A stretch of 18,347 bases of DNA from Candidatus Thorarchaeota archaeon. Its GTDB lineage: Archaea > Asgardarchaeota > Thorarchaeia > Thorarchaeales > Thorarchaeaceae. The DNA lies in contig JBHIAE010000055.1 of the NCBI GenBank assembly GCA_046758445.1, positions 1 to 18,347 of the forward strand. The letters run 5' to 3'. The position numbers and the translations under genes are program-made. Below the pieces are notes generated by a model. It ran no database searches. It was not told where the DNA came from and saw only the letters and a program-made list of their open reading frames with translations. Positions 8,374-15,869 of the stretch are shown in pieces; the first letter of the stretch is position 1; the number at the start of each line of letters is the position of its first letter.

Positions 8374-10110
8374 CTAAAGATACTCGGAAGCTTCAATCTG
8401 CGCCAGCTTGACCCCTGCACTGTGAGAGTAGTGGTTGTATAGATAGAGGCAAGCCAACCCTAACAGTCCAAGCACACCGTAGGCCGTCAACGCGCCAATG
8501 ATAGGGCCATAGAGTGGACTGAGAAAGAGCCCTGATCCGACAACACCATAGATTCCTATGTAGCCCACCACATATGGCACCAATTGTGCTCTCAGCATTG
8601 ACCACCCTCTGATTGGCATTTGGACTGGCGCTCCTCTTTGTCTTAGAACCATTCTCTCTGCCTTGAAATCGCCACCCATGGCGGCCGCATTTGCGGCGAT
8701 GGCTCCAGCCGCAAGGCTGATGAAGATACAAGCAATGGGCACTCCCGGGACGAAAGGCAAGATGGTAGGACTAATGAAGAGCAGCAAAACTGAAACTATG
8801 ATACTAGCTACCAAGACAAATGGCACGGCACTGATGACCTTGCCCTTCACATAATCGGCCATGTTTGTGGCTGCCAGTTGCAGATTCATCAGGTTCCTGC
8901 CTTCGTATACAATCTCATAACCTGCGAAATACACTCCGTAAGACACTGCAAAAGGAACCGCTGCAGCGAGGATAAGCAATGGAGAAAACTCCATAGCCAT
9001 CTCACCTACAGCTACGAATGGTATCACCAAGAAGATCACAAACCTAACGGGACCAATCAGATAGTTTGCAAGTACTCTTCCTTCTCTCCGTATCGATGCG
9101 ATGTTGTACCACATTGAAACACTGATGATTTGGTTTAGCCGTATACCAGGAAGCGGTTGAGGATCCCACGTGGTATGTGAGGTGCGGATTTCATCGGCAG
9201 AAGTTCTCTTCGAACCACTGGCAAGCCATCCGCTGTAGTGAGCCATCTCACTAACGTAGGAGTTCGCGTAGGCAAGTCCGAGACTTAGCGCGACAAACAG
9301 CATAGCAAGGAGCACATCTGAAATGTTCAGGGAAGCACCTATCAACGCTCCAAGGGAAAGGGTACTTACTGCATATCCAGGACTGATGTCAGAAGAGAGC
9401 CCGAGTGATTGAGCGATTTCAAATAGCCATTGGAAAATGTCAGATCCATTCGATGTGTATAGTGTGAGATAGTATACTGCATAGACGACGATGGCCAGAC
9501 TACTTCCAACGAACCAGCCGATCTGCTTGAGAGTTCTCCGACCTGCGAGAAGACGAGAGAAGAACAGGCCAAATAGACCTCCGATTGATACACCAATCGC
9601 CACTAGAGCTAGCATGAGTACTGCGAACACGGCTACCGATAGAACTGCAAAGGGGGCTGTGGAAACAATACTGAGGCCGATGAAGATAGGGACACCAATG
9701 CTCAGGAACAGTATGGAATTGTTCAAGATCACTAGTATTGTCTTCTCAAGAAAGACTGTACGCATCGTCAAAGGCATCGTAAGAAGGTATTCCATGCGTT
9801 GACTGTTTCCGACAGTTGTTGCGGACACCATGATTGACCCTATGAACGAGAATATCAGAATGAAATTGAACAAGGTTGCTCCAATATCCAGGTTGTCATT
9901 CACAATCTGGGCAAAATTGCTCCATCCAATAACTGGAATGAATGATAGAATAGCCCAGATTATGGCGATTCCAACAAGTGCGACTAGGATTACTGGGCGG
10001 AAACGTTTGAACGCGCTTTCCTGTTTTGTTCGCTTACCTCTGGCTCCAGTGAGTCTGAAGGTTTGGTTGAGGTCCTGCTTCAACAGGACCCATAGGTCTG
10101 ACAGTGTCAA
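8374..10110 (-). CDS. ABC-2 type exporter permease (large, two-repeat membrane subunit)
   Basis: 578 aa, many hydrophobic segments, with 'MEYLLTMPL' and 'EGRNLMNLQLA' half-repeat motifs typical of ABC-2 permeases. The TTG start overlaps the ATPase TGA (TTGA). Confidence 0.85.
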   Translation of the reverse strand: MTLSDLWVLLKQDLNQTFRLTGARGKRTKQESAFKRFRPVILVALVGIAIIWAILSFIPVIGWSNFAQIVNDNLDIGATLFNFILIFSFIGSIMVSATTVGNSQRMEYLLTMPLTMRTVFLEKTILVILNNSILFLSIGVPIFIGLSIVSTAPFAVLSVAVFAVLMLALVAIGVSIGGLFGLFFSRLLAGRRTLKQIGWFVGSSLAIVVYAVYYLTLYTSNGSDIFQWLFEIAQSLGLSSDISPGYAVSTLSLGALIGASLNISDVLLAMLFVALSLGLAYANSYVSEMAHYSGWLASGSKRTSADEIRTSHTTWDPQPLPGIRLNQIISVSMWYNIASIRREGRVLANYLIGPVRFVIFLVIPFVAVGEMAMEFSPLLILAAAVPFAVSYGVYFAGYEIVYEGRNLMNLQLAATNMADYVKGKVISAVPFVLVASIIVSVLLLFISPTILPFVPGVPIACIFISLAAGAIAANAAAMGGDFKAERMVLRQRGAPVQMPIRGWSMLRAQLVPYVVGYIGIYGVVGSGLFLSPLYGPIIGALTAYGVLGLLGLACLYLYNHYSHSAGVKLAQIEASEYL

Positions 10111-10877
10111 CCGGAGGGGACCCCTCCCAGAAACTCTGCAATCCTTTGCATGTCAGGGCCGCCTGTTAGTGAAAGGAATATCTCTTCCAGGCTGCTCTGA
10201 CCCTTTGCCTTCAACCGAAGTTCAGCCATGGTTCCCTCAGCAATCATGCCTCCCTCGTTGATTATCCCTATGCGGTCGCACATCTGTTCTGCAATCTCGA
10301 GGACGTGAGTACTCATGAGAATGGTGGCCCCTTTTGCGCGAAGGCCATTCAGTATCTCCTTGATTGTGGCAGCACCTCGTGGGTCAATGCCGGCCTGAAC
10401 TTCATCAAGAATGATGACCTGAGGGCGATGTATCAGAGCAGCAACCAGGCTGGTCTTTCTTGACATACCCTTGGAATAGGTTTCGATGAGATCATCACTT
10501 GCATCTTTGATGTCAAGTAATGTCAAAAGCTCCTCAATCTCCTCTTCACGCTCAGGGCCTCTTGGCATACGCCAGACGTCGCTGACGTAGTTCACGTACT
10601 CCCAACCTGTGAGTCTCTCCGGGAGTATAGGCTCCTCAGGAACATATCCCATTACACGCTTTGCAGCAACAATGTCTGTCGCAATGTCGTGACCAAGGAT
10701 ACGGGCCGTGCCCTCTGTCGGCTTTAGGATGCCCAGAAGCATTCTCATGGTCGTAGATTTTCCAGATCCATTGGGTCCCAAGAGGCCATATATCTCTCCA
10801 GTCGCCACCTGAAAGCTCAGGTTGTTCACTGCAGTGAACTCGCTGAACATCTTTGTCAGTCCTAGAGCCTCAATCAT
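10107..10877 (-). CDS. ABC-2 type transporter ATP-binding protein
   Basis: Walker A GPNGSGKST, signature YSKGM, Walker B VIILDE, H-loop STH. Confidence 0.95.
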   Translation of the reverse strand: MIEALGLTKMFSEFTAVNNLSFQVATGEIYGLLGPNGSGKSTTMRMLLGILKPTEGTARILGHDIATDIVAAKRVMGYVPEEPILPERLTGWEYVNYVSDVWRMPRGPEREEEIEELLTLLDIKDASDDLIETYSKGMSRKTSLVAALIHRPQVIILDEVQAGIDPRGAATIKEILNGLRAKGATILMSTHVLEIAEQMCDRIGIINEGGMIAEGTMAELRLKAKGQSSLEEIFLSLTGGPDMQRIAEFLGGVPSG

Positions 10878-10910
10878 CTAGAGTCATATTGGAAGCTTGG
10901 ATATGGGGAT

Positions 10911-10926
10911 TTATGCCTTGGCATAA
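10911..10926. promoter_or_regulatory. Inverted repeat TTATGCC-TT-GGCATAA, candidate transcription-factor operator
   Basis: Perfect 7-bp arms with a 2-nt spacer in the 126-bp divergent intergenic region between the ABC ATPase and lipS2. It overlaps a TATA-like CATAAAT on the minus strand. Confidence 0.5.
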
Positions 10927-11003
10927 GTGTAGACTCGGTTACCATTACTAAACGGTAATAAGAGGGATATCACCATCGTGCCAGGCGAAGCGGTGAATAG
11001 TCC

Positions 11004-12140
11004 ATGAAGACTACCGACCAGTCTCCGTGTAGTGACACTGATGCAACCTCCAGAGAGTCACCCGAGTATGTGAGAACAAGCATGGCTGCGGCCATGACGA
11101 TGGGGAAGATTCCTGGTAAGTTCTACCGAGATGCCAAGCTTCACTGCATCAACCTTCTTCTCACGTATGAGGACGGTTGCCATGCGAAATGCGCATACTG
11201 TGGACTCTCCGGTTCAAGACAGACAGATACTGATTGGGTTGATAGTAGCTTCATCCGAGTGGACTGGCCAATCTTTTCACTGAATGATGTCACAAAGGCG
11301 GTTACTGATGGAACGTCACCACATGTGGAGCGGGTGTGTCTATCTATGATCACACATGGCCGTGCACGAAATGATTGCATAGAGGTAGTTTCCCGACTAA
11401 AGGAAGTCATACCAAGAATCTCTGTTTTGATAACACCCACGATAGTGAATGAGGATTGGCTTCGCCGTCTAAGGGAGGCAGGTGTAGACATGGTAGGCAT
11501 AGCTGTGGATGGAGCTACGCCGGAAGTCTTCGAGGATTTGCGCGGAAAGGGAGTCCGCGGACCTCATAAGTGGGCCAAGTACTGGGAAACTGTAGAGCAA
11601 GCAGTGGAGGTGTTCGGCCCCGGCAACGTCGGAGTACACTTGATTGTTGGCATCGGTGAAACCGAGCGACAGATGATCGAAACGATCCAGAGAGCGCAGG
11701 ACATTGGGGCTCGCACTCATCTCTTCTCGTTCTTTCCAGAAGAGGGTTCTGCGATGGAGGACCATCCGCAGCCGCCCCTTGGAAGCTACAGGAGAGTTCA
11801 AGCAGCACGTTACATGATTAACTACGGGCTAGGCTCATTTGCGGACATGAGTTTCAATGAGCGAGGTCAGCTTGTTGAGTTCGGACTAAACCAAGAGGTC
11901 TTTGAAGACATGATGAACAAGGGTGAGGCCTTCATGACATCAGGATGTCGTGGAAACACAATGGAAAATGCATGCAACCGACCGATGGGGAATTGCACGC
12001 CCTTCCAAGCAGCCATTGGCCACTGGCGCAACTTCCCAATTGTGCCAGAAGAGAAAGATGTAGAGAAGATTCGTGACCAACTTTGGGATTATTCTCTCAC
12101 GTACGAGGTGGATGACTCTTACCTTGACAGCGAGCCGTAG
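11004..12140 (+). CDS. lipS2: Radical SAM sulfur-insertion subunit of the two-component lipoyl synthase (LipS2-like)
   Basis: CxxxCxxC = CHAKCAYC. C-terminal TSGC-x8-CNRP resembles the LipS2 TxGCPxC(N/D)RP motif. Adjacent to a second radical SAM gene and a lipoate ligase. SD GGTGA at 10992-10996. Confidence 0.82.
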   Translation: MKTTDQSPCSDTDATSRESPEYVRTSMAAAMTMGKIPGKFYRDAKLHCINLLLTYEDGCHAKCAYCGLSGSRQTDTDWVDSSFIRVDWPIFSLNDVTKAVTDGTSPHVERVCLSMITHGRARNDCIEVVSRLKEVIPRISVLITPTIVNEDWLRRLREAGVDMVGIAVDGATPEVFEDLRGKGVRGPHKWAKYWETVEQAVEVFGPGNVGVHLIVGIGETERQMIETIQRAQDIGARTHLFSFFPEEGSAMEDHPQPPLGSYRRVQAARYMINYGLGSFADMSFNERGQLVEFGLNQEVFEDMMNKGEAFMTSGCRGNTMENACNRPMGNCTPFQAAIGHWRNFPIVPEEKDVEKIRDQLWDYSLTYEVDDSYLDSEP

Positions 12141-13125
12141 TTTCGTAGATGATTGTTTCATTCTGCCAGAGGAGCAGCTCACTAGCCTGTTTGAGAGGGC
12201 ATTCTCGATCTCCAGAGAGTCCTTTCCTGAGAAGATCGCATTCTATGCCCCGGGGATGGTGCACTACAAGACAGAGTTTCACGAGGCAACTGACCCATAC
12301 AGGTTTCCCAGTGTTTCAATCACAGGCAGGGGATGCGCGCTCAATTGCGAACACTGCCATGGTCAGCTGCTTGAAACTATGATACCTGCAACAACACCTG
12401 AGGCGCTCTGGGAAGTCTGCAATGAGGTCAAGGAGAGAGGGGGCACTGGGTGCCTCATCAGTGGAGGGGCCACGCCTCTAGGAAACACGCCGATGCAGCC
12501 CTTCATTCCAATCATAAAGAGAATCAAGGACGAGCTCGGTCTCGACATTGTGATCCACACAGGAATCGTCTACCCAGAAGTGGCAGAGGCCCTCGGTGAT
12601 GCTGGCATTGATGGCGCAATGATGGATGTCATTGGCTCGGAAGCAACGCTTAGAGAGATATACCACCTGGATGTGTCAGTAGACGTATTTGACAAGTCCA
12701 TGACGCTCCTAGAGGACAACGGAGTGCCACACATGCCACACATCATTGCTGGTCTTCACTTCGGTACACTCAAAGGTGAGGCCGAAGCAGTGAGAATGAT
12801 TGCTGACCACAATCCTACATCAGTGGTTGTGGTTGCGTTCATGCCATTGGATTGCACTCCAATGGAGAAGGTGCAACCAGCAAGCCCCATAGACATTGCA
12901 CGAGTGATTGCAGCTGCCCGAATTGCAATCCCGGACAAACCGCTGATTCTAGGCTGTGCCCGACCTCTCGGTATGCATCGAAGGACGACGGACAGGCTGG
13001 CTATTGACGCTGGAGTGAATGGAATCGCGTACCCATCCGATGAAGGATACCAATATGCGTTGGAAAGAGGGATGTCTGCAGCCTTCGCCAACGAATGTTG
13101 CTCATTGATTAGCAGAGTATTATGA
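12112..13125 (+). CDS. lipS1: Radical SAM sulfur-insertion subunit of the two-component lipoyl synthase (LipS1-like)
   Basis: 'FPSVSITGRGCALNCEHC' (CxxxCxxC), 'GCLISGG', and the LipS1-type GC(M/A)R (LGCARP) and terminal CC (ECCS) motifs. Start uncertain: GTG 12073, ATG 12112 or TTG 12124 after GAGGTG. Confidence 0.82.
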   Translation: MTLTLTASRSFVDDCFILPEEQLTSLFERAFSISRESFPEKIAFYAPGMVHYKTEFHEATDPYRFPSVSITGRGCALNCEHCHGQLLETMIPATTPEALWEVCNEVKERGGTGCLISGGATPLGNTPMQPFIPIIKRIKDELGLDIVIHTGIVYPEVAEALGDAGIDGAMMDVIGSEATLREIYHLDVSVDVFDKSMTLLEDNGVPHMPHIIAGLHFGTLKGEAEAVRMIADHNPTSVVVVAFMPLDCTPMEKVQPASPIDIARVIAAARIAIPDKPLILGCARPLGMHRRTTDRLAIDAGVNGIAYPSDEGYQYALERGMSAAFANECCSLISRVL

Positions 13126-14748
13126 TTGTGTAGGTGGCTTCAACTGACAGACTGGCGACTCTTGGACACGGGCGTTCTCACTGGCGCAGAGAACATGACT
13201 CTGGATGATGTGATATTGGATTGTCGGTCAGAGAATGAGAGCCCAAACACTATGAGGTTCCTTCAGTTCAATCCAGGAACCGTTCTAATAGGCTATCATC
13301 AGTCTGTAAATCAGGAGGTTAGAGTTGACTACTGTAGAGAGCACGGCGTGGACATAAACCGCAGGATAACAGGAGGTGGAGCAATCCTATTCACACCCAC
13401 TTGCCTGGGGTGGGAGATCTTCGCCGACAAGTCAGCATCCAAAGTAGGTGAGCTAAGAAGAGATCTCGGCAGATTGGCCCGATTCGTTTGCCAAGGTGCA
13501 GTAGCTGGTCTCCAACGACTCGGCGTGAATGCCGAGTTCAGGACGAAGAATGACATCGAGATAGAAGGGAGGAAGATATCTGGAACGGGCGGGACTGAGA
13601 GGAATAGCTCCTTCCTGTATCAAGGAACGCTACTTGTCGACTTTGACGTAGAGTTGATGCTGCGTTCTCTCAGGATTCCCGTTGAGAAGCTGAGGGACAA
13701 GGAAATCGAAAGCGTCAAGGAGAGAGTTACCTGCTTGAAATGGGAGCTTGGCTACGTCCCCTCCATTACAGACATCAAGGAGGCCTTCGCTGCAGGTTTC
13801 GAGGAGGTCCTGGGCTCAAGCCTAGAGCCTCAGGGACTCTTGCCTGTGGAGAGTGATTTGTTTCGCAAGAAACTCCCCTATTTTGAGTCTGATGAGTGGG
13901 TGTACATGGTGAGGAAGCCTGAGGACTCGTCAGGTCAGGTCAGCGCGATGAGGAAGACTCCTGGTGGACTCGTGAGAGTGTCATTAGCGCTCGATGTTCC
14001 GGGCAATTTCATTGTTAGCTCATTCATCACAGGAGACTTTCAAGCCTTCCCGCAGAGGGCCATTATGGACCTCGAGGCCAGGTTGAAGAACGCCTCAGCT
14101 GATGATGAATCGATTCGGGCGGTCGTAAATGATTTCTTTAATGAAACCGGAACGAGGGTATTCGGGGTCGAAGCTGACGACTTCGTGGGACTCATCCTTG
14201 AGGCAGTGAAGAAGACCTCTTTCGTTAAGTACGGCGTGTCATTGGAGGACTCCAATCACCTGATGACGGTGAACTTCATGCCTGATGAACTTGATGAACA
14301 GAGATTCGATTACGTGCTTCTGCCTTATTGTGCGAAGCTGATAGATTGTGAGTACAGGTGGAAAGAAGGGTGCTCAATTTGTGGTGCCTGTACGACCAGT
14401 GACATCTATGAGATAATAGACGAGATAGGCGTGCCAGTGCACACAGTCCAGAATTATGAACATCTTATAGAAACCATTGAAAAGTTCAGGCAAGAGGGAG
14501 CAAGGGGCTACATCGGATCATGCTGCGAAGCTTTCTACAGTAAGCATCACTATGACTTCGTGGAAACAGGAGTGCCTGCGCTCCTTGTGGACGTTGATGA
14601 CTCTACCTGCTACGACTTAGGAAAAGAACATGACGCATATGCCGGCAAGTTTGAAGGCCAGACGACGCTCAAGACTGACCTACTCGCACACATCATTAGG
14701 ACCATGTGGCAGAGAGGGAACCTTAGGGCTGAGGTGAAGTCGCATTAA
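13126..14748 (+). CDS. lplA: Lipoate/octanoate-protein ligase (catalytic + LplB-like accessory domain) fused to a C-terminal Cys-rich DUF116-like domain
   Basis: Catalytic domain: WRLLDTG, NMTLD, IGYHQ, RRITGGGA, NDIEIEGRKISG (catalytic Lys). Accessory domain: KTPGGL..ITGDF. Tail: LLPYC..C..CSICGAC..GSCC. The start may be CTG 13144 after AGGTGG. Confidence 0.88.
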   Translation: MCRWLQLTDWRLLDTGVLTGAENMTLDDVILDCRSENESPNTMRFLQFNPGTVLIGYHQSVNQEVRVDYCREHGVDINRRITGGGAILFTPTCLGWEIFADKSASKVGELRRDLGRLARFVCQGAVAGLQRLGVNAEFRTKNDIEIEGRKISGTGGTERNSSFLYQGTLLVDFDVELMLRSLRIPVEKLRDKEIESVKERVTCLKWELGYVPSITDIKEAFAAGFEEVLGSSLEPQGLLPVESDLFRKKLPYFESDEWVYMVRKPEDSSGQVSAMRKTPGGLVRVSLALDVPGNFIVSSFITGDFQAFPQRAIMDLEARLKNASADDESIRAVVNDFFNETGTRVFGVEADDFVGLILEAVKKTSFVKYGVSLEDSNHLMTVNFMPDELDEQRFDYVLLPYCAKLIDCEYRWKEGCSICGACTTSDIYEIIDEIGVPVHTVQNYEHLIETIEKFRQEGARGYIGSCCEAFYSKHHYDFVETGVPALLVDVDDSTCYDLGKEHDAYAGKFEGQTTLKTDLLAHIIRTMWQRGNLRAEVKSH

Positions 14749-15802
14749 GAGCTACGACGTTACAGTCGTCGGGGCAGGGCCCGCAGGCTCTGCAACGGCC
14801 ATCGGTTGCGCTTCTGCAGGTCTAGATGTTCTGCTCTTGGAGCAGGGCCGCCGAAACAGACACAAGCCGTGCGGAGGGGTCCTTCCGCTTGTGGCTCCAG
14901 AAATCATAGAAGACATCGTTGGAGCTGCGATTCCTGATGACGTAAGAACCACGCCCAAACAACTTGGGCTATACTATGTGCCTCCAAGCGGAAGGAACAA
15001 CAGCGGCAGAGTGAAAGGATACGAAATCCACAACATCGATCGAGATAGGTTTGACCAGTGGCTCCGTGACCTGGCGGAAGATGCTGGAGCTGAGATCAGT
15101 TATGAAACCCGGTTCGTGGAGCTTAGGCGTTCTGATGGCTTTGATGTTCTTGCTACAACAAAGAGCGGCCGAATGTCAGCAAAATCAATCTACCTAGTAG
15201 GAGCTGACGGCGTCAGATCGAAGGTCAGAAACACTCTGTTCCCTGAACATCCTACTCCCGTGATGATTGTCGGCCAAGAACACTGGCGAGGATCGGGCGA
15301 CTTTGAAGACTGTTTCTACGGGTTCTTCAGGGATGATGTTTCAATCTCATACGCCTATCTGATACCCAAAGATAGAACGCTGCTTCTTGGCCTTGGAGTT
15401 GTCCCACAGAAAGAGCCAAGCATTGTAGAAGCGCACGACAGATTCAGGAGCTGGTTGTCAGTTGAGTTCTCTTTTGCACCAGAGCGATTAGTAAAGAAGG
15501 AAGCATGGTCTATCCCCTTCGGATACTTCATTCCCGGCCAAGGGAATGCAATCCTCGTAGGTGATGCCGCTGGCTTGTGCAATCCCCTCTCAGGAGAAGG
15601 TATTCGGCCTGGGGTTGAGTGTGCAGAAGCTGCTTCGGACGCAATCATCAACTCAGGCGAGATTCCCCCTGCGGAGAGATACGCAAATGACATCAAGAGC
15701 CTGGCTGATATGATTGAGAATCTGAATCGCTTCGTTAGACAGCTCGACAACGCTGGACGTGAAGCATTCGTAGGTGAGGAGCTGTTTCGAGGCCGTGGCT
15801 AG
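14744..15802 (+). CDS. Geranylgeranyl-reductase-family FAD-dependent oxidoreductase (LipT-like by context)
   Basis: The frame extends upstream of the track's TTG 14837 to give IKSYDVTVVGAGPAGSATA (Rossmann GxGxxG). Also KPCGG, VGADG, VGDAAGLCNPLSGEGI. An in-frame TGA at 14735 bounds the ORF; ATT 14744 sits 6 nt after GAGGTGA. Confidence 0.85.
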   Translation: MKSYDVTVVGAGPAGSATAIGCASAGLDVLLLEQGRRNRHKPCGGVLPLVAPEIIEDIVGAAIPDDVRTTPKQLGLYYVPPSGRNNSGRVKGYEIHNIDRDRFDQWLRDLAEDAGAEISYETRFVELRRSDGFDVLATTKSGRMSAKSIYLVGADGVRSKVRNTLFPEHPTPVMIVGQEHWRGSGDFEDCFYGFFRDDVSISYAYLIPKDRTLLLGLGVVPQKEPSIVEAHDRFRSWLSVEFSFAPERLVKKEAWSIPFGYFIPGQGNAILVGDAAGLCNPLSGEGIRPGVECAEAASDAIINSGEIPPAERYANDIKSLADMIENLNRFVRQLDNAGREAFVGEELFRGRG

Positions 15803-15869
15803 CTCCATGAGAGCAGTTGTCTAGCAGATTCGCCAATGCTATATGGTATGCACCCTCAAACTGTGTGTG

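Noticed and set aside
10380-10480. ABC ATPase signature YSKGM and D-loop DEVQAGIDP differ from LSGGQ / DEPTSGLDP
   Set aside because: YSKGM is common in ABC-2 exporters, and all catalytic residues are present.
11004-13125. Biotin synthase (BioB) annotation for the two radical SAM genes
   Set aside because: There are no other bio genes. The GCAR/CC and TxGC..CNRP motifs plus the adjacent lipoate ligase fit LipS1/LipS2.
12138-15802. Pyrrolysine readthrough at the TAG stops of lipS2 (12138-12140) and the lipT-like gene (15800-15802)
   Set aside because: Both proteins appear complete at the TAG. The downstream in-frame sequence soon stops and does not join the next gene's frame.
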